Of a stretch of 49,899 nucleotides of DNA, positions 10,655 through 18,264 are shown one piece after another. The stretch is from Kiloniellaceae bacterium (lineage in GTDB: Bacteria; Pseudomonadota; Alphaproteobacteria; Kiloniellales; Kiloniellaceae). A program made the position numbers and the translations under genes. A model generated the notes under the pieces. That model saw nothing but the letters and a program-made list of their open reading frames with translations. It had not been told where the DNA came from and did not search any database. Each line of letters starts with the position of its first letter. Position 1 is the first letter of the stretch. The stretch covers positions 1-49,899 of the forward strand of contig JAJFGM010000569.1 of NCBI GenBank assembly GCA_021776145.1. The letters run 5' to 3'.

Positions 10655-11128
10655 GTGGTGAAGCCCCCTAAGACCAATACGAGCCGTCTCGCCGGCCTGG
10701 ATCTGCAGGATTTTCAGGACATCGAGGGCGCCTTCGTCGATGCAGCCGAGCGATTCTGCGTTGAGCGTGGTGTTTCTGAAACCGGCCTTCTTAAGGCCGC
10801 CGGCAAGCAGTGGTCAGTGCTGAATCGTCTGCGCCGCGGCGATGGGTGCAGCAGCCGCACCATCCGAGATTGCGCAATTGCGGCTGGCCAGATCGTCGAG
10901 CAGCTTTCGGCGAGTGCCGGCATGTTGCCAGAAATCGAACGGCTGAAAGAACGACGCGCGCTTGCCGATAAGGATATCGATATCGCCGCGCGCCTGACGC
11001 GTGGGTCGGTGTCACACTTACGTCTATTAGGCCGGATCGGTCCCGAGGACGCGGCCAAGCTGCGCGCTTTCCTTGAAAAACACGGGGGCGCGGGGGTCGA
11101 GACCCCCGGGGACTCACCCGATGCCTGA
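10655..11128 (+). CDS. Early-operon DNA-binding protein (Cro/CII position), GTG start
   Basis: 157 aa with two HTH-like segments (GVSETGLLKAAGKQWSVLNRL; DIDIAARLTRGSVSHLRLL). First gene rightward of the switch. Confidence 0.55.
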   Translation: MVKPPKTNTSRLAGLDLQDFQDIEGAFVDAAERFCVERGVSETGLLKAAGKQWSVLNRLRRGDGCSSRTIRDCAIAAGQIVEQLSASAGMLPEIERLKERRALADKDIDIAARLTRGSVSHLRLLGRIGPEDAAKLRAFLEKHGGAGVETPGDSPDA

Positions 11129-11360
11129 TCGCGCCGCCGATTCCGGCCTGCGCTGTCTCGGCTGCGACCGCAGCGCCGCGACGCTTTCCGACCTGATCAC
11201 CTATTGCCCGCGCGCCAGGCACGAGAACTGCCCGGCGGCGGCGGCGCGGCGGTCCGAGGTTGGCGACGACTTCGCCGGCCTGGCGGCCTTGGCGCTGCAC
11301 AAGAACCACGAATGGAAGCGGCGCCAGGTCGCCGCCAGCCGGCGGGAGTGGCGGCGATGA
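11121..11360 (+). CDS. Small Cys-rich hypothetical protein
   Basis: 79 aa (CLGCDRS...CPRARHENCP). Its start overlaps the previous stop (ATGCCTGA). Confidence 0.4.
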   Translation: MPDRAADSGLRCLGCDRSAATLSDLITYCPRARHENCPAAAARRSEVGDDFAGLAALALHKNHEWKRRQVAASRREWRR

Positions 11361-11569
11361 CCGAGGACTGCGGACAGAAGACCGCTATCAGAGACTGCCG
11401 CGCGGCGGTCTTCACCTGCACGGCCTGCGAGCGCGCCGGCGCGACCTTGGGCGCGATCCTCGACCAGGGCTGCGACCGGATCGGCCACGACTGCCCAGTG
11501 AAAAGCCGGCTTTGCGCCGATCGGATCACCTTGTCGCAGGTCCGGCTGACGGGCGGGCGCTTTCCATGA
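11357..11569 (+). CDS. Small Cys-rich hypothetical protein
   Basis: 70 aa (CGQ..C..CTAC...C...C). ATGA overlaps at both ends. Confidence 0.4.
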   Translation: MTEDCGQKTAIRDCRAAVFTCTACERAGATLGAILDQGCDRIGHDCPVKSRLCADRITLSQVRLTGGRFP

Positions 11570-11904
11570 CGTTTCGGATCCAGGCCGTCGCGCCCGCCGG
11601 CGCGGGCCGCAACTTGGGGGAGGGTGCCGTGAGATATGAGGTCGAGAGCCTGACCAAGCGCGATTTCCGGATCCACAAGGCCGCCGGGGGCGTCGTCGAG
11701 GCGGTGGTCAGCGGCGACCGCGCCAACGCCTTGCGCGGGCGGTACCTGCATTTCAAGGGCCTGTCCGACGAGCTGGCCGACGCCTTCCTCGACGGGGTCT
11801 GCCTGTCGGCGTTGCACAAGGACGCGATCCGCGCGGATATGGGCTGCGGTTGCCAGGCGCAGGGAAGCGAGGTGGTGACCGTCAAGAGGTACGGCGGGGC
11901 ATGA
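11566..11904 (+). CDS. Hypothetical protein
   Basis: 112 aa from the internal ATG of ORF 11260..11904. ATGA coupling at both ends. Confidence 0.45.
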   Translation: MTFRIQAVAPAGAGRNLGEGAVRYEVESLTKRDFRIHKAAGGVVEAVVSGDRANALRGRYLHFKGLSDELADAFLDGVCLSALHKDAIRADMGCGCQAQGSEVVTVKRYGGA

Positions 11905-12308
11905 ACGCCGATACCCCGAGCCTCGCCGGTCTTTTGGGCGCCGCCGCCGGGGCGCTGCATCTGCGCGGCGAGGACTATCCGGCCTGCCCCTACCGGGCGC
12001 CGAACGCGCGCGACCAGGTCCGCCGGCGCGCCTGGTCGCGGGGCTTCCTGCTCGCCTTGGCCGGGCGGGTTTCACGGGAAACGGGGGCTTACTGTTTCAC
12101 GGGGGCGAAGGGCACGCGTCACGGCATGCGGCCGGATCGGCTGGTGTGGAGCGCGGACGAACTGCGGCTTTTGAGCAACGCGGCCGGGCGCGTGCCGCTG
12201 GTCGAGGTGGCGCGGCATTTGGGGCGCTCCTACCCGGCGGTGCGGATCCGGCTTTGTCGACTGCGCAAGGTCTCGGCGATCCCGCGCCAACGCGGGGAGG
12301 CGGCGTGA
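11901..12308 (+). CDS. Hypothetical protein with C-terminal HTH-like segment
   Basis: 135 aa. WSADELRLLSNAAGRVPLVEVARHLGRSYPAVRIRLCRL resembles a sigma-70 region 4 / GcrA-like HTH. Confidence 0.45.
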   Translation: MNADTPSLAGLLGAAAGALHLRGEDYPACPYRAPNARDQVRRRAWSRGFLLALAGRVSRETGAYCFTGAKGTRHGMRPDRLVWSADELRLLSNAAGRVPLVEVARHLGRSYPAVRIRLCRLRKVSAIPRQRGEAA

Positions 12309-12410
12309 ATGACCCCGGCCAGCAACAGAATTCGCGGGCTGCCGTCCGTGGATAGGGCGGTCATTTCCGACCGTCCTTCGCCCCTTGGGCGCAAAGCCTC
12401 CCTGTTGACT

Positions 12411-12480
12411 TCCCCCGCCTTCGCGCAGGCGCTTCGGCGCGGCTTGCCCCGCCGGAGCCTTGGCGAAGGCGGGGGCTTTT
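12411..12480 (+). terminator. Long hairpin plus T-tract after the small-gene operon; embeds REP-like copy 3 (12448-12473)
   Basis: Perfect 13-bp inverted repeat cccccgccttcgc(12411-12423)/gcgaaggcggggg(12464-12476), followed by cttttctt. Confidence 0.5.
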
Positions 12481-12495
12481 CTTGAAGGAGATGAC

Positions 12496-13206
12496 ATGAG
12501 CGAAAGCACGTCCGGCAAGACCGGGCACAACCTGGCCGGGGCACGGCTCTTGAGTTTTGTCGAGCGCGTTGAACGGCTGCGCGAGGAAAAGAAGGCGCTC
12601 AACGAAGACGAAAAGCTGGTCATGGCCGAGGCCAAGGTCGACGGCTTCGTGCCGGCCGGAATCCGCTATGTGGTGAAACAACGGGCCAAGGCGCCGCACG
12701 ACCGCGAGGAAGAGGCGGCGCTGCGCGATCTCTACATGGAGGCCTGCGGCATGGGCGACGCCGGGCCGCTGTTCCGCCAGGTCGGATTGATGGACGTCGA
12801 CATTGCCTCGCGCGAGGCGGTGACCGAGGCGCTGAAAGCCCTTGTGCCGGCCAACGGCGAAATCATCGTCAAGGTCGGCGGCAAGGCGGTGCGTCTTTGG
12901 CGCGACGAGGACGGCAAGGCGCAGAGCGAAGACTATGTCGAGCCGAAGCGCCGGGCCGCGCCGGCGGAGGCGAACTCGACGGTTCATAATCGCCCGGCGG
13001 CCGAGGTACCGGACGTCGACGCCGAGGGCGCGGCCGAGTTGGGCAAGGCCGCCTATACCGCTAACCGGCCGATCACGGCCAATCCCTTTCCCTTCGGCGA
13101 CAAGCGGCGGGGGATTTGGGACAAAGGCTGGCGCGCCGGATCCGGGACCGACGGCATGGGTCCTATGGACGACGGCGAGGACGAAGGCGACGGCGGCGGG
13201 GAGTGA
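12496..13206 (+). CDS. GapR-like (DUF2312) DNA-binding protein with Rmf-like C-terminal motif
   Basis: AAGGAG RBS at 12485-12490. N-terminus LLSFVERVERLREEKKALNEDEKLVMAEAKVDGFVPAGIRYVVKQR is the DUF2312 pattern. C-terminus ANPFPFGDKRRGIWDKGWRAG resembles the ribosome-modulation-factor motif. Acidic tail. Confidence 0.7.
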   Translation: MSESTSGKTGHNLAGARLLSFVERVERLREEKKALNEDEKLVMAEAKVDGFVPAGIRYVVKQRAKAPHDREEEAALRDLYMEACGMGDAGPLFRQVGLMDVDIASREAVTEALKALVPANGEIIVKVGGKAVRLWRDEDGKAQSEDYVEPKRRAAPAEANSTVHNRPAAEVPDVDAEGAAELGKAAYTANRPITANPFPFGDKRRGIWDKGWRAGSGTDGMGPMDDGEDEGDGGGE

Positions 13207-13213
13207 CTCCTAG

Positions 13214-14116
13214 ATGGGCCGCAAAATTGATCTGACCGAATTCGGCACGCTGTTGCTGCCGGACGAAGCCCTGGACCCAATCCTCGGCAAGACGGTGCGC
13301 GGCGTCTTGGCCGACTGGCTTGAAGAGATCTGGGCCGCCGAAGAGTTGCTGGCGGTGGGCTTGCGACCGCGGCGCAAGGCCCTGTTCAGCGGTCTGCCGG
13401 GCGTCGGCAAGACGACGCTTGCGCACCACTTGGCGGCGCGGCTTGGCTTGCCCCTGCTGTCGGTCCGGCCCGACCGTTTGATCGACCGTTGGCTTGGCAG
13501 TACCGGGCGCAACATCGGGGCGCTTTTCGACCTCATGGCGGAACAGGAAGCGGCGAATGAGCCGGTCTTTCTGTTTCTCGACGAATTCGACGCGATCGGT
13601 CTGAAGCGGAAGTCGGCGACGCAAGGTGCCGAGGACGAACAGAACGCCTGGGTCAATGTGCTGTTGCAGCAGATCGAAGGCTGCACTGGCTTTTGCATCG
13701 CGGCGACGAACCGTGCCTCGGATATCGATTCGGCGGTCTGGCGGCGCTTCGAGCTGCAGGTTCGCTTAGAGCTGCCCGGGGCGCATGAGCGGACGCGGAT
13801 CATCGAACGCTACTTCGCGCCCTTCGAAATTCCGGCGCCGGGGCTGGCGCCCTTGGAAGCGGCCATGGCCGGGGCGACGCCGGCGCTGATTCGGCAGTTC
13901 TGCGAGGGGATGAAACGTTATGTCGTGGTCGGCCCGAAAGTAGGCTGGCCCATGTTGCGCGAACAGGCGCTGACAAGTGTCATTGGCGGCATAGAGCCGC
14001 ACGCCGACACGATCCGGCCGCCCCTGTGGTCGCCCGACAGTCGCGAGCGGCGGCTGGCCTTCATGGCCTTTCCCTGGCCGCTGAAACAATCGACTGCGGA
14101 AAGCGGGGCGGCATGA
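13214..14116 (+). CDS. AAA+ family ATPase
   Basis: Walker A GLPGVGKTTLA, Walker B VFLFLDEFDA, sensor region IAATNRASDIDSAVWRRF. Confidence 0.85.
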   Translation: MGRKIDLTEFGTLLLPDEALDPILGKTVRGVLADWLEEIWAAEELLAVGLRPRRKALFSGLPGVGKTTLAHHLAARLGLPLLSVRPDRLIDRWLGSTGRNIGALFDLMAEQEAANEPVFLFLDEFDAIGLKRKSATQGAEDEQNAWVNVLLQQIEGCTGFCIAATNRASDIDSAVWRRFELQVRLELPGAHERTRIIERYFAPFEIPAPGLAPLEAAMAGATPALIRQFCEGMKRYVVVGPKVGWPMLREQALTSVIGGIEPHADTIRPPLWSPDSRERRLAFMAFPWPLKQSTAESGAA

Positions 14117-14301
14117 GGGAATCCGCGATAGAGGCCGTCGCGCGGGCAACGCGGCTGCCGCCGGAAGTCGTCGAGCGCGTGGCGCGCGCGTTCGATCGGC
14201 GCGGCGTCGAGCCCGGCCCGGCCGTCGCCGAACACGCCGGCGGCGGCCTGGGCCTGCCGCCGGGCAAGGTGCCGGCGCGGCAATTGGGGGCGGGGGAGTA
14301 G
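14113..14301 (+). CDS. Small hypothetical protein
   Basis: 62 aa. ATGA overlap with the AAA+ gene stop. Confidence 0.35.
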   Translation: MRESAIEAVARATRLPPEVVERVARAFDRRGVEPGPAVAEHAGGGLGLPPGKVPARQLGAGE

Positions 14302-14305
14302 GGCG

Positions 14306-15082
14306 GTGAGCATCGATCTTATGTCGCGGGTCTTCAAGCTGGATCTGATCCCGACGCACAAGCTGATCCTGCTGAAAATGTGCGACCGCGCCAACGATGA
14401 GGGGCGGCAGGTCTTCGAAGGCCTCAACACCATTGCAAAGTGTGCCAGTTGCTCGCGGTCGACTGTCAAAAATGCGATCCGCGATTTCAAGAAAGCCGGC
14501 ATCGTAAGCGTGCAACAAGAGGGCGGAAAGGGGCCGAAGTCGACGAACCATTATCATGTGCATATCGACGTCGCCGAGGCGGTCTATAGGCCGACCGAAG
14601 AGGCCGCCGAGGGCGATGCTAAGGGGTCAACGGTTGACCCCTTAGAGCCGAATAAGGGGTCAACGGTTGACCCCTTAGAGCCAAAAAGGGGTCAACTGAC
14701 GTCCGATAAGGGGTCAACAGCTTTGACCCCAATACATCAAGAAGATTCATCAAGAACTGGCGCGCGCGCGCGCGAGGGGGAAACCGACGATCCCCCTCGC
14801 GCCCTCGCTTGCGACCATTGGCGCGCCTGCGCCGATCGGCTCGCCATGCGGATCGGGGCAGTCGAATATCGCTCCTGGTTGGAACCCTGCGTTCCGATTT
14901 CCGACAACGGCGAAACGCTTGTCCTCGGCTGCCCGACGAAATTGTCGGTTGACTGGATCGAACGCGACTACCTGGACGCGTTGATCTCGATCCTGAAACG
15001 CGAGATCGTCCTGGAGTTTCACGACTGGGTCGGGGTGCGACAGCATAAGGCGCGCCAGGCGGCCAGGGCGGGGGCGCGATGA
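14306..15082 (+). CDS. Replication initiator-like protein (N-terminal winged HTH, C-terminal DnaA_N-like)
   Basis: N-terminus KLILLKMCDRANDEGRQVFEGLNTIAKCASCSRSTVKNAIRDFKKAGIV is a phage replication-type HTH. C-terminus YRSWLEPCVPISDNGETLVLGCPTKLSVDWIERDYL resembles DnaA domain I. Contains an iteron array. Confidence 0.7.
   Translation: MSIDLMSRVFKLDLIPTHKLILLKMCDRANDEGRQVFEGLNTIAKCASCSRSTVKNAIRDFKKAGIVSVQQEGGKGPKSTNHYHVHIDVAEAVYRPTEEAAEGDAKGSTVDPLEPNKGSTVDPLEPKRGQLTSDKGSTALTPIHQEDSSRTGARAREGETDDPPRALACDHWRACADRLAMRIGAVEYRSWLEPCVPISDNGETLVLGCPTKLSVDWIERDYLDALISILKREIVLEFHDWVGVRQHKARQAARAGAR
14621..14730. repeat. Palindromic iteron array inside the initiator gene (candidate ori)
   Basis: The 23-bp perfect palindrome aaggggtcaacggttgacccctt occurs at 14621-14643 and 14654-14676 as a 33-bp tandem unit. 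A half-site aaggggtcaac lies at 14686-14696, and an imperfect palindrome aaggggtcaac-agct-ttgacccc at 14708-14730. Confidence 0.7.
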
Positions 15083-15753
15083 GCGCCTTCGATCCCGATC
15101 GCAGCGCTTCGTCCGGTGCGGTGCGCGCGCGGCCCGCGTCGGCCGACCTGCGGCGCCCGATCTCCATGGAGCGGTTGTTGGTGTGGGCGATGAAAGACCA
15201 GATGGCCGATCACGTCATGAGCCACACGCTGCGCGCGTCGCCCGACGATTACGCCGCCGGCGTCGCCGCCGATGGCTGTTTCGCCGTCGCCCGGCGCCAG
15301 GTCCTCGGCACCCAAGTCGACTGCGCCGGCTCGGCCGCCAGCGCCTCGCCGCACCTGCACCCCGACGCCGAGCTGGTCTGGCTTCGCTGCTGGGAACTGC
15401 TCGACGCGGCGACCTTCCGCCTGGTGATCGACTGCGCCAAGAACGACACGCGGCCGGATTGGCGGCCCGACATGCCCGCCTTCGAGGTGCATCCCGTCAC
15501 GGCGCCGAAGCAAATCGCCGGCCGTTGGCATGAAGTCGTTAGGATCTTCGAAAGTCCGAAGACGAAAGCGCGCTATTGCTGCATAGAGTTCGAGGACCGG
15601 AGGGCGGAGCGGGATGCTTTCAGGGGGGTGTACAGCTATTGGCAGAGGGCGTTGGCACGGCTGGCTAGCCAATTCAAAGCCGAGCCGGAGCGGCTAAGCC
15701 GGTGGTTCGTCATCGAAACCGGTATTCCTGCTAAACCCTGGGCGGATGATTGA
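15079..15753 (+). CDS. Hypothetical phage protein
   Basis: 224-aa ORF. ATGA overlap with the initiator gene. No motif recognised. Confidence 0.55.
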   Translation: MSAFDPDRSASSGAVRARPASADLRRPISMERLLVWAMKDQMADHVMSHTLRASPDDYAAGVAADGCFAVARRQVLGTQVDCAGSAASASPHLHPDAELVWLRCWELLDAATFRLVIDCAKNDTRPDWRPDMPAFEVHPVTAPKQIAGRWHEVVRIFESPKTKARYCCIEFEDRRAERDAFRGVYSYWQRALARLASQFKAEPERLSRWFVIETGIPAKPWADD

Positions 15754-15830
15754 TGGTAGGACTGACGTTGGCCGTACGTTGTGTTACATGAGGGAGATTT
15801 TGGCAATTCTCTACAACATCAGCGTGCGCC

Positions 15831-18257
15831 ATGACCGACACCGAACAGCTCCTCGAAATAGCGCGAAGAGGCCCAGATGCCTGGAATCGATGGCGACGGG
15901 ACAACCGCGACGAGGTGGTGGACTTTTCAGGCGTCGATTTTCGTCAAGAGGACCGTGTAGGCATCAATTTTTTGGGGTTCAAGTTCGGTAATGACGCTTG
16001 TTTTAGTGGCGCCAAATTTGGGGATCACAGCCGTTTCCGAGGTGTTCTTTTTGGAAACAACGCGGATTTTAGCGACGCGGTATTCGGTGCAGATGCCCGG
16101 TTTCAAGAATCAAAATTTGGCGCTGGCGCTAACTTCGAAAGGGCGAATTTCTACGGGGAGGCCCACTTTGAAGGCACAAAATTCGGCGATGAAGCCCAAT
16201 TCCGTAATGCAATATTAGGGCAAAATACTCATCTGGGCGGCACAACTTTTGGGAAAAACTCACGGTTCGATGGTGCAAATTTCGGTATTTGTGTTGAGCT
16301 GAAGGGGGCGATATTTGGAGAAGCTTCTTGTTTTCATAGTTGCAAATTCGGTAGAGAGGCCCTGTTTGATAATGCAGTTATAGGAGATGATTCGCGGTTC
16401 GAGGGCGCTGAGTTTGGTGACTTGGCGCAATTCCGCGGTACAAAGTTTGGGTCCCGTGTTCGTTTTGATAATATAATTATTGGATCAAAGGCGAATTTTG
16501 ATACCGCATCGTTTGGCGAGGAAACGCAGTTTTGTGGCGCGACGTTTGGCGGAGAAACCAATTTTGAGAATGTCATAATTGGCGATCGGGTCGGATTCAA
16601 AGGTGTAAAATTTGGAGATTCAGCAAATTTTGAGGCCACGACATTCGGAGAATATGTCGAATTTGATGCCTCAATTTTCGGCGATCTTACGTCTTTCAGG
16701 CACGCGATATTTGGGAACGATACCAGATTCGAGGCCGCGAAGTTCGGAGCCCGGACACGGTTTGAGGGTGCGACTTTTGGTGATGCCGCATGGTTCGCTC
16801 GCGCGACGTTTGGGGACTCAGCTAACTTCGCAGACGCGAAGTTCGGTGCGAGGGCGCGGTTTGAGGGCGCGGAATTCGGAAAAATAGCGTGGTTTAAGGG
16901 CACGAAGTTTGGCGAAGCGGCGCAGTTCGAGCGCGCGCAATTCGAAGATCAAAGCTGTTTCCAGGACGCGATATTCGGAGATGATGCTTGGTTCCACTCA
17001 GCAGAATTTGGCTACTCGCCAAGGTTCGAAGGCGTGATTTTTGGGCGCGACGCCAATTTTGGTGCCGCGTCGTTTGGAGCAATAGCGCGCTTCAGGGGCG
17101 CAACATTTGGGAACAGCGCAGATTTCGAAGATTCAACTTTTGGGGAGTCGGCCTGGTTCCAGGATGCGAAATTCGGGAGCATGGCCGGGTTCGAAGGTGC
17201 TTGGTTTGGTCCCTCAGCCCGGTTTGAAGGCGTGCAATTTGGGTTTCTCGCCAATTTTCAAGGGGCAACCTTCGAAAGTGAGGTGCGGTTCCATGGAGCG
17301 GCTTTCGAGCGTAAGGTCATTTTCGATGAGGTGACTTTCTTGGGGCCAGTTCACTTTGGCAGTGTGTCAGGAGTTGCTGAGTACGCCGACAGTCCAGAAA
17401 CGGAAGTGTCGTCGTCTGGGAGTGCGACAAACGATGCCGAGAGTGGCGCCCAACTTCATGACGCTGCCGCGAGGGTGGGTTCGGTTTCCTTTGCGGGAGC
17501 GCGGTTCGAAGGACTGGCCTATTTTCACGACTTGGATTTTCGCGGCGAAGCCAATTTCTCGAACGCCTGTTTTTCCGCTCCGCCCGATTTTCGTGCAACG
17601 CAACACCGCGAAAATCTCGATTGGATCGGTATTAAATTCGCGTTCGGCCCGCATGTCCGCTTTGGCCGCGCTTCCATTAATTGGAGCTGGACAGCTCAAA
17701 ACGACACAATCACACGCCTGCGACGGCTGAGAGGCATTGCAAACGAAATTCATGCGGTTGATGCGGAGCGCGACCTCTTCATCCTTGAACGCCAAGCGGA
17801 GCGTGGCGTCTTCTGGCGCGACTGGTGGCGGGGGGGATGGGGTTCATGGTTTACAGGGTGGTGGCGTCCGCTGTCTGCAACGGTGCTGATGTTTCTCTAT
17901 GTCTGTACTTCCAATTGCGGCCGCAGTTTATTGCTGCCCCTGGGATGGCTGGCTGCTTCGAACTGGGGTTTCTACCAGCTGTATGGATACCTCTATACCG
18001 TTCTGATCGACCGCCCATTGTTTATCGCGGTCAAAAAGGCGTTGTTTGACTTGACTTTTGCCAGCGCTTTACCGTTCGGCGCGACCGCCCGCCCGGCCTT
18101 TCAGTCTGCGATCAAGGTCCTCTTCGAGCAGGACAGCGGCAGCGCGATCGATATCCCATGGCAAATCCAAGCCGCTTCGGCAGCACAAGGAATCACAAAT
18201 CTCGTGCTCCTCTTCCTGCTCGGCCTCGCACTGCGCAACTACTTCAAGTTCAGGTAA
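15831..18257 (+). CDS. Giant pentapeptide-repeat protein fused to a C-terminal multi-TM, channel-like module
   Basis: 808 aa. The N-terminus LLEIARRGPDAWNRWRRDN is a typical pentapeptide-protein leader. About 95 consecutive pentads have a 10-residue super-period (AKFGDHSRFRGVLFGNNADF...). The C-terminus has hydrophobic helices (LSATVLMFLYV, LLLPLGWLAASNWGFYQLY, ITNLVLLFLLGLAL) and an LFDLTFASALPFGAT segment. Low GC. Confidence 0.9.
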   Translation: MTDTEQLLEIARRGPDAWNRWRRDNRDEVVDFSGVDFRQEDRVGINFLGFKFGNDACFSGAKFGDHSRFRGVLFGNNADFSDAVFGADARFQESKFGAGANFERANFYGEAHFEGTKFGDEAQFRNAILGQNTHLGGTTFGKNSRFDGANFGICVELKGAIFGEASCFHSCKFGREALFDNAVIGDDSRFEGAEFGDLAQFRGTKFGSRVRFDNIIIGSKANFDTASFGEETQFCGATFGGETNFENVIIGDRVGFKGVKFGDSANFEATTFGEYVEFDASIFGDLTSFRHAIFGNDTRFEAAKFGARTRFEGATFGDAAWFARATFGDSANFADAKFGARARFEGAEFGKIAWFKGTKFGEAAQFERAQFEDQSCFQDAIFGDDAWFHSAEFGYSPRFEGVIFGRDANFGAASFGAIARFRGATFGNSADFEDSTFGESAWFQDAKFGSMAGFEGAWFGPSARFEGVQFGFLANFQGATFESEVRFHGAAFERKVIFDEVTFLGPVHFGSVSGVAEYADSPETEVSSSGSATNDAESGAQLHDAAARVGSVSFAGARFEGLAYFHDLDFRGEANFSNACFSAPPDFRATQHRENLDWIGIKFAFGPHVRFGRASINWSWTAQNDTITRLRRLRGIANEIHAVDAERDLFILERQAERGVFWRDWWRGGWGSWFTGWWRPLSATVLMFLYVCTSNCGRSLLLPLGWLAASNWGFYQLYGYLYTVLIDRPLFIAVKKALFDLTFASALPFGATARPAFQSAIKVLFEQDSGSAIDIPWQIQAASAAQGITNLVLLFLLGLALRNYFKFR

Positions 18258-18264
18258 CGCGCAT

